From Zygnema circumcarinatum SAG 698-1b (Eukaryota > Plantae > Zygnematophyceae), in NCBI GenBank assembly GCA_037447605.1, contig CM074814.1, positions 1,488,001 through 1,552,000 on the forward strand: a stretch of DNA of 64,000 nt. Reading direction: 5' to 3'. Made by a program: the position numbers and the translations under genes. The notes under the pieces are model-generated. The model was not told where the DNA came from. It saw nothing but the letters and a program-made list of their open reading frames with translations, and ran no database searches. Below, in pieces: positions 46,084 through 56,700 of this stretch (position 1 is its first letter; each line of letters starts with the position of its first letter).

Positions 46084-47567
46084 GGAATTTTCCTCCTCTG
46101 ACGTTTTAGGATTTCTAATGACCCGCACGACGTTTTAGGGTTTCTAATGACCCGCTCGACCTCTCGGACGCTCTCCCGTCCTTCGCGCAGTCGACCTCGG
46201 GAAAGGGGCCCACGGCGGTCATTACGGCAGCAGGCGGAGCCGTCCATGGGGAGGGAGGGAGGGAGCTGCGGGAGTGTCCTGCTCTGTCACGTCCTGATCA
46301 GCCCTGGCTTTCTTGCAACACGAAAATGATCATGTGAGGATCAATGCAAATTCCTTCTTTCATGTGGTGTAATATTCCTGAGCGAGGGAGGCGCTGCTAT
46401 GCGCGTGGGTTGGGATGAGTAGATCATGACAGAATGGAGCTTTCCAAATAGCAGGAAGGTTGATCAGCGACGAGCAAGCCACGGTGGAGGCGGCTGGGAG
46501 CCACGGTCACAGCGCTGCTACAGTTTTGAAGCCGGAAAAAAACTGAAGAGCTAATTTTATCCATAGATGTTGAAGTTTTGCGGCCCTGAAACAAGAGCAC
46601 ACGTCAGGTGCAGTTCCAATGCTGCGCTGCTTGCATGCTTAAAGCACATCTGCGGTCGACTTGACATTGCGAACGACTCAGAGATGTAATTCAATCAGAG
46701 TTTTAAGAGAAAAATCAGAGAGAGTGCGTTTCACCCTTTCATCCTTTTAAGAACGTAAGGGAGCCGAGTGACAACAGAGCCAACTAAAAGAAGGGAAAAG
46801 TAGGACATCTATCCCCTTCTCTCCGTAGGGCCGATTCAAGGGTTTGTTTATTGCTGGCTTTAGGATGCCAATGGGCCTCTCCTGGTCTGAGACGCGTTTA
46901 TTTTTTGGGAGAGCAATTCGACTTCGTAAGAGACCGTTTTAAAGCCTTAATTTAAAGGTCAACTCAAGAAGTCATCGAAGAGGGCAAGCTGTGATGTGAT
47001 GAGGCTTGCGCATCCCATCACATGCAACCATCAACATCATCATCATGTTTGCCTCATTTCAGCAAAAAACCATTGAAAAGAAAGAGGGCAATTACGAGAA
47101 GGGCAGAAGGTCTGAAGGGGGTGAACCGGACCTTCACGAAGCTTTCAAGGCAGCAGACATGGCATTACAGGAGTCGGTGCGTTCGAAAGAACACAATACA
47201 TAAAGACACTGCTTATGCCTCACTGAACAGGCTCTAGATGCATGATTGCACTAAAACAGTCTGAAAGAGTCCAGCCCTGCCTGCAAATAGCATGTGCATT
47301 CAGAGTTTCTACCTCCTGCCATCGTTGTAATCATGAGCCAGTGAAAACTCTCTTGGCCAATATAAAGCGGTTCCGGTTTCGTTATCCGGGTTTAGACTAA
47401 AAGGTACCCCTAAAACAGCCTGCCTTTGTCTTGATTTCAAGACCTAAAAGCACAAATCTAGCACTGGAATGCCCTTCTGCAATCCCAGTAACCAAGATCA
47501 ACTCTGGCAAGATAGGAGCAAAAACATGTGACTACATATCTAACAAAGTTTCGACCACTGCAACCTC

Positions 47568-49281
47568 CTACACGCTTTCTTCTGTCTGGAGGAGGGCTAT
47601 TTCCGAGGCTCTGGGAGTCCTGGGAGTCCTTGGAGTCCTTGGATGCCGCCTTTCAGGAACTGCCTCTCCGTCAGCATCCCCCTTCTCATAGTAGCCCATA
47701 AAGTATCCGGCAGAGGCCATAAGGAGCAGGACTCCTGTGACGAGGTCAAAGTAATCACTGTCTTTGAGAAAGGCCAAGTGACCGATTGGAGCAATAAGGC
47801 TAATGCATCCCAAAAAGCAGGTCACCGACCACCATGAGAAGACAACGTGCGCGTAGTATGGGCTTGTTTCCTTGAGAGCAACGAGCCCGCCAAGAGCCAA
47901 AGTGAATTGGACTGCTAGCAGGAACTTCTTTAAGACATCCAATCCCCAGAACAAAGCCGACAATTCTGCACAAGTTACCACGGCGAACTGTCCTTAAGAG
48001 TAACGTGAGGCCTGGAGTTCATGCGCAGAGTTATGAAGTCAATTGCAACCTGGTAAGATGAAAGCTTTCTTTGTTTGAGCAAGGAAATGGATTTAAAAGG
48101 GGAGGGTAAGCCCTGCGGGTAAAGACGGTAAACAGAGAGAGGTTCTTACGTTCGCTGTAACCCATCTGTGCATCAGGTAGCCCCTAAACTTTAGATTTTC
48201 TGAGATAAAATTGCACAGTTAAGAGCAGGCGAGGCTTTAATATATTCGAAGCCGACTCGTCGAAGGGCATTAGGTTGATGTTCCAAATTCGTTGTATTCG
48301 AAAAAATCTGCTATGCTGTACAGCTTTTCATGCCGAAGGCGTTTTAAAAGGTTCGAGATAATGCCAGCGTGACTTCTGCATAAACAAGGAGGCATATGCT
48401 ATGACCAATTTGGATGCAATGGTGCAGAACTTATGGAAGGTGCGTTTAGGTCGACGAGGATTTTCTCTTCCACGCAAATAACAGTGTAATTTTCGAGGCT
48501 CAATTCAATTTTCCACAAGCAAAAGAACTGTGAGAAAGGCTCCATGACAGCAGTACAAGATTCCTTTAAAGCTACTGGCACTAAATGAAACATGGATCGA
48601 ATAGATATGCAAAGAGCAGATCTCGGCTACGGCAGTTGAAAAGCACATCGCGTCTAAATTCGATGCAATGTGAGACACAAACTTTAAATTGCCTGCTCAA
48701 CTTAAACTCGAATATGCATTCATAGGAGAGGAAGGGGCTGGGCATGGCAACCTTCGCTCTAGTACACAAAAAAAAATTAAGGCGGGTGACAACCATACCA
48801 AAGGAGGCTTGCTACGAAATGCCCTACGGAATGCCCTAGGCCAAGCAGCTCAGCAGCCAGTAAACAGCGACGAAGCGAAATTCAGGGGACCAAATGCGTA
48901 TGCCCTATAAGAGGCCCAGCCTACCGAGGCCATCGATGGGCAGAATTCCCGCAATCTCCCACGCAGAACTCCGCAGAGCACCCCCTCACCGCGTGCAGGC
49001 GAAAAAAGTCGATGGAGAAGTTCCACCTGACGGGCGGAGACACGCGCTGGAGAGAGAGAGAGAGAGAGGGAGAGAGAGAGAGAGAGGGAGGGGGAGAGAG
49101 AGTGAGAGAAAAGAGCTGGGGGGAGGGCCAAGACGCCAGACCGCGCCTCCTCTCTCTCCCCTCTCGCTCTCTCTCCCTCCCTCTCTCACTCTCACTCCGG
49201 TACCGTACCTGTATCCAGGCGACGGGCGGCATCAGCCAGGGAGGCGGCGCAGGCGAGACGGGACCGCGAGACTCGCTCCAT
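47568..49281 (-). CDS. Small multi-pass membrane protein of unknown function (~175 aa)
   Basis: The last exon 47965-47568 has several hydrophobic segments and a PRTPRTPRTPR tail. Frame-consistent upstream exons 49281-49209 and 49046-48990 (GT-AG, phase 1/1) are tentative. Confidence 0.5.
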
Positions 49282-49487
49282 GCCGCTAGTTCCGTGCTGC
49301 CCGACGGTGTTGCAAACCTGCCAGCTCGCCCTCTCATGGATCTGTGCTATAGTACGACGATCGTGTGTACGGACACAGCCGTACGGTACGAAATGGGAGT
49401 ACTGTACGGGAGGGCGTCAGGCAGGCCTCCTCAAGGGTAACTCTACTGCACCCCCGCGTTTTGTCTTTCGCACCCCCCTTTTGAAAA

Positions 49488-49497
49488 NNNNNNNNNN
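49488..49497. other. Assembly gap (10 N)
   Basis: Run of n characters. Confidence 1.
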
Positions 49498-49574
49498 CCC
49501 CCCCCCCCCCCCCCCCCGCTTTCTCCTTTTCACTACTGACTTCCAACATTGTGCGACAAAAGACAAGGAGATTT

Positions 49575-49765
49575 GCATTGATCTCAAGATGGTGAGGCCA
49601 TCAAATGGACATGGACGGAGTCAACATGGGGAACCACAAGAAATTGTTCGCAAAGGACCTAAGCACAAAATAAAAAAAACCAGGAGCAAAAAACTAAACT
49701 AAACTTAGCCTAAGCGCAAAAAACTCAGCCTTAAACGCAGCTGCAAAGGTCACCGATGTGGGGCA
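49575..49765 (+). repeat. Dispersed repeat family A, copy 7 (inside the Mutator-like element)
   Basis: GCATTGATCTCAAGATGGTGAGGCCATCAAATGGACATGGACGGAGTCAACATGGGGAACCAC. Confidence 0.85.
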
Positions 49766-50165
49766 ACCGTTACTCGTTGTTTTCAGGTAAGGATTGTAGA
49801 CCCCCTAATTAAGGCAAGTTCTTAAGTTGTGGCCTGCAAACCGAGAAGAGGAGAGAAGAGGAGGGGGAGGGCAAGGGAGGGGAGGCCAAGGGAGGGGAAG
49901 GGAGGGAAGGGAGGGGCGGGAAAAAGATTCCCTCCCGAAATATTTAAAACAGGGGTCCAAAATCCAAAATCCAAAATAAGGGGGTGAAATGTCGAAAACA
50001 GGGGGTGGGATAACCAAAATGGGCAGGCAAATTTTTCATAAAGGGGATGGTGGAATAACCAAAATAGGGGGGCTGCAGTAGCATTCTCCGTAAATAAAGC
50101 ATGTACGGACGATATATGTGTACGAATATGTACGGATGACGCTCGTTTAGCGGTTGCATGTAAAA

Positions 50166-51069
50166 GGGTAACTCTACTGCACCCCCGCGTTTTGTCTTTC
50201 GCACCCCCCTTTTGAAAAAATTTCCTGCCCGTTTTGGTTACCCCCCCAGTTTTGAATATTTTGGGAAAAAATCTTTTTCCCGCCCCTCCCGTCCCCTCCG
50301 CTCCCCTCCCCTCCCTCCCCCCCCCCTCCCCTCCCCTCTCCCCTCCCTCCCCTGCCCTCCCCTGGACATTCCACCCCCCTCGTTTTCTCCTTTTCACTAT
50401 TGACTTCCAACAATGTGCGACAAAAGAAAAGGGGATTTGCATTGGTCTCAAGATGGTGAGGCCATCAAATAAACATGGACAAAGTCAACATGGGAACCAC
50501 AAGAAATTGGTCGCAAAAGAACCAAGCACAAAATAAAAAAACTAGGAGCAACAAACTAAACTAAACTAAGCTTAAGCGCAAAAACGCAGCCTTAAACGCA
50601 GCTGCAAGGTCACCAATGTTGGGCAACAGTTACTCTCTGTTTTCAGGTTAGGATGCCGATCTTGATGTGAACTCCTTCGTGCTTGTAGTGCTCGGTGACG
50701 ACTTGTACGAGCTCATCGCGGGTCTCATACTCAGTTGGTAGCATTTTTATGGACATTGCAAACCGAGAAGAGGAGAGACGAGGAGGGGAGGGCAAGGGAG
50801 GGCAAGGGAGGGCAGGGGAGCGGGCGGGAGGGGAGGCCCGAGGAGGACAGGGCAAGGGAGGGGAGGCCAAGGGAGGGAAGGGAGGGAAGGGAGGGAAGGG
50901 AGGGAAGGGAGGGAAGGGAGGGAAGGGAGGGAAGGGGAGGGGAGGGAGGGAGGGGCGGGAAAAGATTTTTCCCGAAATATTCAAAACTGGGGGGGAACCA
51001 AAACGGGCAGGCAAAATTTTCAAAAGGGGGGTGCGAAAGACAAAACGCGGGGGTGCAGTAGAGTTACCC
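50166..51069. mobile_element. Mutator-like (MULE) non-autonomous element, 904 bp, ~120-bp TIRs, 9-bp TSD
   Basis: GGGTAACTCTACTGCACCCCCGCG...CGCGGGGGTGCAGTAGAGTTACCC; TSD CATGTAAAA at 50157-50165 and 51070-51078. Confidence 0.92.
50439..50625 (+). repeat. Dispersed repeat family A, copy 8 (inside the MULE)
   Basis: GCATTGGTCTCAAGATGGTGAGGCCATCAAATAAACATGGACAAAGTCAACATGGGAACCAC. Confidence 0.85.
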
Positions 51070-51114
51070 CATGTAAAACCGCTTATGGTCTTTTTGGTCT
51101 TCATTTCCCTTTTT

Positions 51115-51253
51115 GCAGTAGTTTTCCGCTCCTCGCTTTTTTCTATTGCGCTTAGGCCGTTTGCGCCCAGTTCGTTCCTCGTGGTTCTCTTCCCCATGCT
51201 GCTGCTTTTGTCCATGCGCATTTGATGGCCTCGCCGTCGTCGTGAGACCAATG
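51115..51253 (-). repeat. Dispersed repeat family A, copy 9 (tail interrupted by the MULE)
   Basis: Reverse complement CATTGGTCTCACGACGACGGCGAGGCCATCAAATGCGCATGGACAAAAGCAGCAGCATGGGG. Confidence 0.8.
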
Positions 51254-51805
51254 TCACGCCCCCTTCTCTTTTGGAGCAGTTAGAAGCAGTTCTAACGCCG
51301 TGACTTGGTGAGCAGCAACAGCAACAAAGGAGTACCAATTCAGTCTTTGCTTTTGTGGCTGAAACCCAGAGCTTTGGAGGTTATGATTTGGAATTTAGTT
51401 TTTGTGAGGAGGTTTCTAGACGATGATGGATTGATTCTGAGAAGGTGCTATTTGGAGTACTTCGTGATGGATGGAAACAGAGATGGAGAACTTTGAAAAT
51501 GGGGTCGAGAAATCTGTGATGCAACTGGGTCTTTGAATAAGTAACTACTGTAGGTTGTGATTGCCAAAGGCACAAGCGTCCTGATTGATTGGTAGGAATT
51601 CCAATCTATAAAATTCGCAGAGTTTGCACCAATGTCTGAAGCCGGGTTGTTAAGGCAACAAGTAGAGTTCATGTAGATATGATGACATCGCCATTTTATG
51701 GTATTTAAGGTTAAACCCTAAACTAATGTCAACTTTTCACGCGAATAATATACTTACGATATTCAAGGGATGTTCCTTTTTTGTAGAGGCCTGGCGTCAG
51801 GGCGT

Positions 51806-52455
51806 CAGGTATCGTCAAATACGGGATTTTTGAAAAAAAAGTCCCGTAAATACCGAAAATAAACCAAAAGTACCAAAAAGTACAATCTGAGTACAGTAGA
51901 CTTTCGCCATGGTTTCGGCAAATATGGAGCGAAAATCTTGGAATTTGCAAATATAAGGGATTCCGTGTTAACAAGAGGCGGGCGGTATTATGTTAGAGTC
52001 CGGCCTGCGTTCGTACTGTTTCCTTCTGTACGGAAGCACATGCCCGCCCGGTGGGCACTGTCGCGACCTCTATTGGTGCCGTACATTTACCTACACGACT
52101 TCCTATTGGTGCCGTACCCAACTGTACGATTTTCAGATATTTACCGTACTTACCGTACAGCGGAATAGCGTGACCCATGTTTTAACATATTTTGTATTGT
52201 GAAGTAGGTCAGGTTAGGTTAACACCCCTACTATATTAACACAGACTTACCGTACAAAATGTGGTTTCGGCAAAATCAGGGCGAATTTCTTGGGGACGCA
52301 CTGTACAGGGTGGAAAATATGAGGGGGGTCTACTGTACAGTACAAAAAAGTACGAAACAGAAAAGTCCCAAAACTCCCGAAGAATGAAACTCAAAATGGT
52401 CTCGAAAATAGTCAAATACGGGATTTTGAAGAAATCCCGTATTTGACGGTGCCTG
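51806..52455. mobile_element. hAT-type non-autonomous element, 650 bp, 8-bp TSD
   Basis: 24-bp TIR CAGGTATCGTCAAATACGGGATTT / AAATCCCGTATTTGACGGTGCCTG (2 mismatches); TSD CAGGGCGT at 51798-51805 and 52456-52463. Confidence 0.9.
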
Positions 52456-53771
52456 CAGGGCGTCCGTGGGAAATATCTGGTGGGGGAAGATATTAGGGGC
52501 GATATCTGCCGCTCTGTCCGTATGGTACGGCAGCCGGCCGGCGGACTTGGGCCGCGGGCAGGGCAGGGAGAAAACCTTGACACGTTCCGAACATCACATT
52601 TTTGAAACTAGTACCGCAGTCGTTCTTGTTCGTCATACCCAATGGGCAAATTTGCTCCGAAGTACGGTACTGAATCTTGACGCGCAACGTCAAGGTTGGT
52701 TTGACACGTCCTAATTCGCCGTCGAGAGGTGGAGGTGGTTCAGTTTATCCAGCCGTACGATCCGGCTCGTGTACACTACCTGACAAACGAAGTCAACGGA
52801 GGCGCTGATCCGCGAGGCGGTCAACCAGTTCCAGCGCTTCTGCCAATCGGGAAGCGCCACGTGCCACCCAGTGCCACCCAAAGTAGATTTGCCTGCTACG
52901 TGTCAGCCTATATATTGCTTCAAAAATGGTAAGACAAATTCAGTCAGCCAATCGCCGCGCAGTATCCTCGCCAGCTCTAAACCGCAATATCGCCCTTGGA
53001 GGACATCATTTGCCGTTTTTGGAGGGCGCGAAACCCCTCGAGCTCAGCAGCCAATCAGGGGCCGCCGACCACTTCTCGAAAATTTTCCGGGCAGTACTGG
53101 TCGACCTGCTACCGCTGCGGCTCCAGGGCGGAACTTCGTCGTTTTGCGTACCGATTCAACCGATATGCCCAATGTATCGCGGACGCGTCGCCTGTGGCGG
53201 GCGGAGCGTGGCCGTACGGCGGGCCCTTTTTGAAAGTGGGCGCCCCGTCAGCGCCAGATCGGATCGCTTTTTCGCGTTCCTGCCGTCCGCCTGCCGGCGA
53301 GAGGAAGGAACACACCACCGTCCGATACGCACGTGGACGGCTGCGATGACGGGAAAACCGGCCGTCCTGCCTGCCAAGTCGCCGACTTGCCGGCCGTCAA
53401 AATCTAGCCGGCAGCTTTTTGGAAAGATCTCTGGTCGCTGGTCTGATCTCTACTACCGGTGGCTTTTTGGAGAGGGAGAGGGAGCGGACGAGGGAGAGGG
53501 AGGAGCGCATGAGGGCAGGCAGCGGTTGCAGCACGAGCCGGTCCGTCCAAGGCCTTTTAGTGGAACTCTCTTCTCTCTCGCCATTCGCAACTATCTGGTC
53601 GGGCGCGCCTGCTGTCTGTCTCTCTGCGCGTGCAGGCGGACGGGGAGGCTTCTGCAGACTGACGCGCTTGGCAGATCTGCCAGGCGTTCACTGAGGGGCG
53701 GATCGAGCAGAGGGCAGAGGAGGTGCAGGAAGGAGCACCGAGTTAGGGTGTTGATGGTCAGAGAAGGAGTC

Positions 53772-56700
53772 ATGGCCGCGACCGTGGCATCTTTTCCGTC
53801 TGCTTCCGCATACGTCGGAGCAGGTGCAGATGGATGTGCTACACTTCGCGACTGCATGGTAAGAGATAACATTCTCCTCGATTTCGTGATGATTTGGAGG
53901 TGCTGCCTGTACCGCCTCATTTCTTGGCGGTAGTCAGCAACTCATGCAAGACTTGAAGCGCTCTGATTAAGAAAGTTGGAATATATTGTGCGGCTTATGT
54001 ATTGGATGACAAACCTGCAGTGATTGCTCTTGTACAGGCAGAATTTCAAAGCAGTTCAAGTGCTTTATATTTTTTCTTTTGTGCGGTATTAAAAGTAGTT
54101 CAATTTTGTAAAGAGGATTTCACTGTCACATTTATCTCTCCTCTCCTCTCCTAAAGCCTTCTAGTTCCGGGAGATGCTGCTGTCTTTCTTCACCTTTTAG
54201 AGCATGCCTCTCCTAGGGATTGAGTATTGGAGCAGGTTCAACGAAACAAAGGAAGGAGAACATAAGTTGGAGCCAATGATAGCAATTGTTTGGCTGCGTG
54301 GCGAGTTATGTGGAGGGGCTAACGTTGCTGCATGGCTTTGCAGGTGCACGTTGCAGCACCCTCTGCTCACACCTCTTTTATGAAGAAAGCTCAGCTTGGT
54401 GACCTTGTTTCGGCTCAAAGAACATGTCACTGCGCCAGAACGGAAGGGAGACGCAACAAGACAGCTGCGCAATCCATCTCGGTATCTTCGTCTGAGCCGG
54501 CAGTCTCCAGTAACATGGAGGTGAGGACTACTTGGCGAGTACTCATTGGATTGCATTTAGTCAAAACGAAAAAAATTGCTTCGTTTCATGTTAGAACAAC
54601 AGGCGAACTACGTGCTTTAGGTTGTGTGATTTTTTTTTCTCGCCCTATGTTAGAGACTAGACCGAGTGCTCTGCCCGCGGTGAGTGCGGCCAATGGTTGC
54701 CTGATGTCAGAGCTGCTTGCATGCCAATCTTCGGTTTTTTGTGTGCAGGCATCTGAGGAAAACGATGGAACAACGCCATCTAAGTGAGTGGCAGCGTTAC
54801 TTGCGCTAGAGACCGTTCAAAGAATTCTACGAAATGCCAATGGTTGCTCTCTCTGGTCTATTCATGCATAAACCTACCTTTTTTTGCTTCTATTATTTCC
54901 AAATTGTCTTGTTGACTACAATGAGCAGTGTGCGATTTCTTTATGAGTTACCATTCTCTCTGAGAGAAGTGCCTCATAGTCTCGTATGCATATTGCCCAC
55001 TGCAGGATCTCTGACAAGCTCAAAAAGCTAGGCCTCATTGAGCGTGCATTCGGACCATCAGGGCTCGCCCATTTTCAGAAGACGAGGGCATCCGCAACTA
55101 TGAATCCTGCTTTGGCCATGCTGATTGCAAGCAATAGTGTCCCTGGCGAAGGGAATGAAAGCCATAAGGAGGTCGTAGGGTCCAGTCCTGCAACGGACTT
55201 AGTGATTGGCAAGCACAGAGAGGCTGAAGATCAGGCTGTCCCAAGAAAGGAAGAGGCTGAGGACAAGACCAGAGCTCTGGAGGAGCGTAGACGGGAGATT
55301 GGGATCTTGATTGGTCAGCTGGAGGCCATTCGCCTGCATGCTTTGGATTTGGAGCAGCGATTCTCTCATCACTTCAAGGATGCTGACAGGTGCCAAATCC
55401 TTTCACTCTCTTCAAGAGAAGTGGACTTTCTACTGTGCAGTGCCATGATGGCGTTTGAATTGGTGGAGTTTTCACAGAAGTTTGCAGTCTCCTTTTATCC
55501 TAGTTGTGGAGTGAATTTCGAGGAATAGCGCTAAAAAGGCGAGTGTCATTCTGTATGAAATACACAATTCTTAAACCCGATGCTGATTATATTTCACTTT
55601 GGGTATGTATGTATGGTTGAGTATGCAGACGATTTCGGGACAGTGCTAGGAATCTTTTGCACTATATGGCTCTCCGCAATATGGACGTTCGCAAGCTGCA
55701 GCAGGTTCGTATCTGTTGTGAAGTACCGCATCTGCTTTGATTGCCGTCGGTTTGTACATTGGTCTACCTCTATATCTTAGCTAAAGAGAAAATGTTTGTT
55801 TTTTTTTGTGAGTGAGCAGTTCGTCAATAGGCAAACCTGACCGTTCAAAGTGAGGAACTAGTTTCGGCAAGAATTCATTTTCACCGTTCTGACACAACAG
55901 GTTGTGAAGCTTGTGCAGTCCCTAGCGGATTTAGGGTTGTCATCCCTTGGCCAGGTGGAGGCTCACACGCTTGCCTCCATCCTGGCAGTGACACACATCC
56001 TGCGCCTCATGCTGCGAGACTTGCCATCGTCAAGCATGGCAGAACAATCAAGCAGAGTATACGAGGTAAGACCACCTCTCTAGTAGTGATTGTTTATGGA
56101 CATGCTTTATTTGCCTATACGAAATGAGCAACATTGCTTATCAGTTGTTGAATGTCGTGTGTTAGTTGTTTTGGAGGACACTATGGGCATGAGAAAGAGA
56201 ATTAAAGAAAGAGAATATTGGGGATTGATATGAGAGAACAAGGCTCTTGGCTATTTGGTTGGCCAACAAAATCTTCAGTAAACAAAATCTTGATCAAGTA
56301 GTCCTATTCTCTTTGAGGGCGTCTCATGGAGTCGTATAGTCCTTGTCCAGATGCACAAGCGCGGCCTCGCGCTGTCGACTTCAGAAATTCTTGAAGCCCT
56401 CCCACCCGCTCTTAACTTCAACCAGGGGGATCGACAGCTAGAGATCAACACAGAAGATTTGCTGGGACCTAGTCCTGAGAGCCGCAAGACGCATATTATG
56501 GTCACTCTCCCAACGGAGGTACAAAAAACCTCCTCCCCAATGGCATTGGGATAGCAGCCACGTGAAGCTGTCCTGCAGGAGTTGTGCCAGCCAGTAACAT
56601 TGGAAGTTTTGGAATTGCAGGCAGCAGATGACAGGAGCTTGGTGCTTAAGCTTCTCGAAGCAGGGATGAATGTGGCGCGGGTCAACTGTGCTCATGATGA

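Larger units (their letters stand above)
49435..50089. mobile_element. Mutator-like non-autonomous element with mismatched arms and no TSD
   Basis: Left end GGGTAACTCTACTGCACCCCCGCG is identical to 50166. The right end read on minus is GGAGAATGCTACTGCAGCCCCC (related but different). Flanks do not match; a 10-N gap lies inside. Confidence 0.6.
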
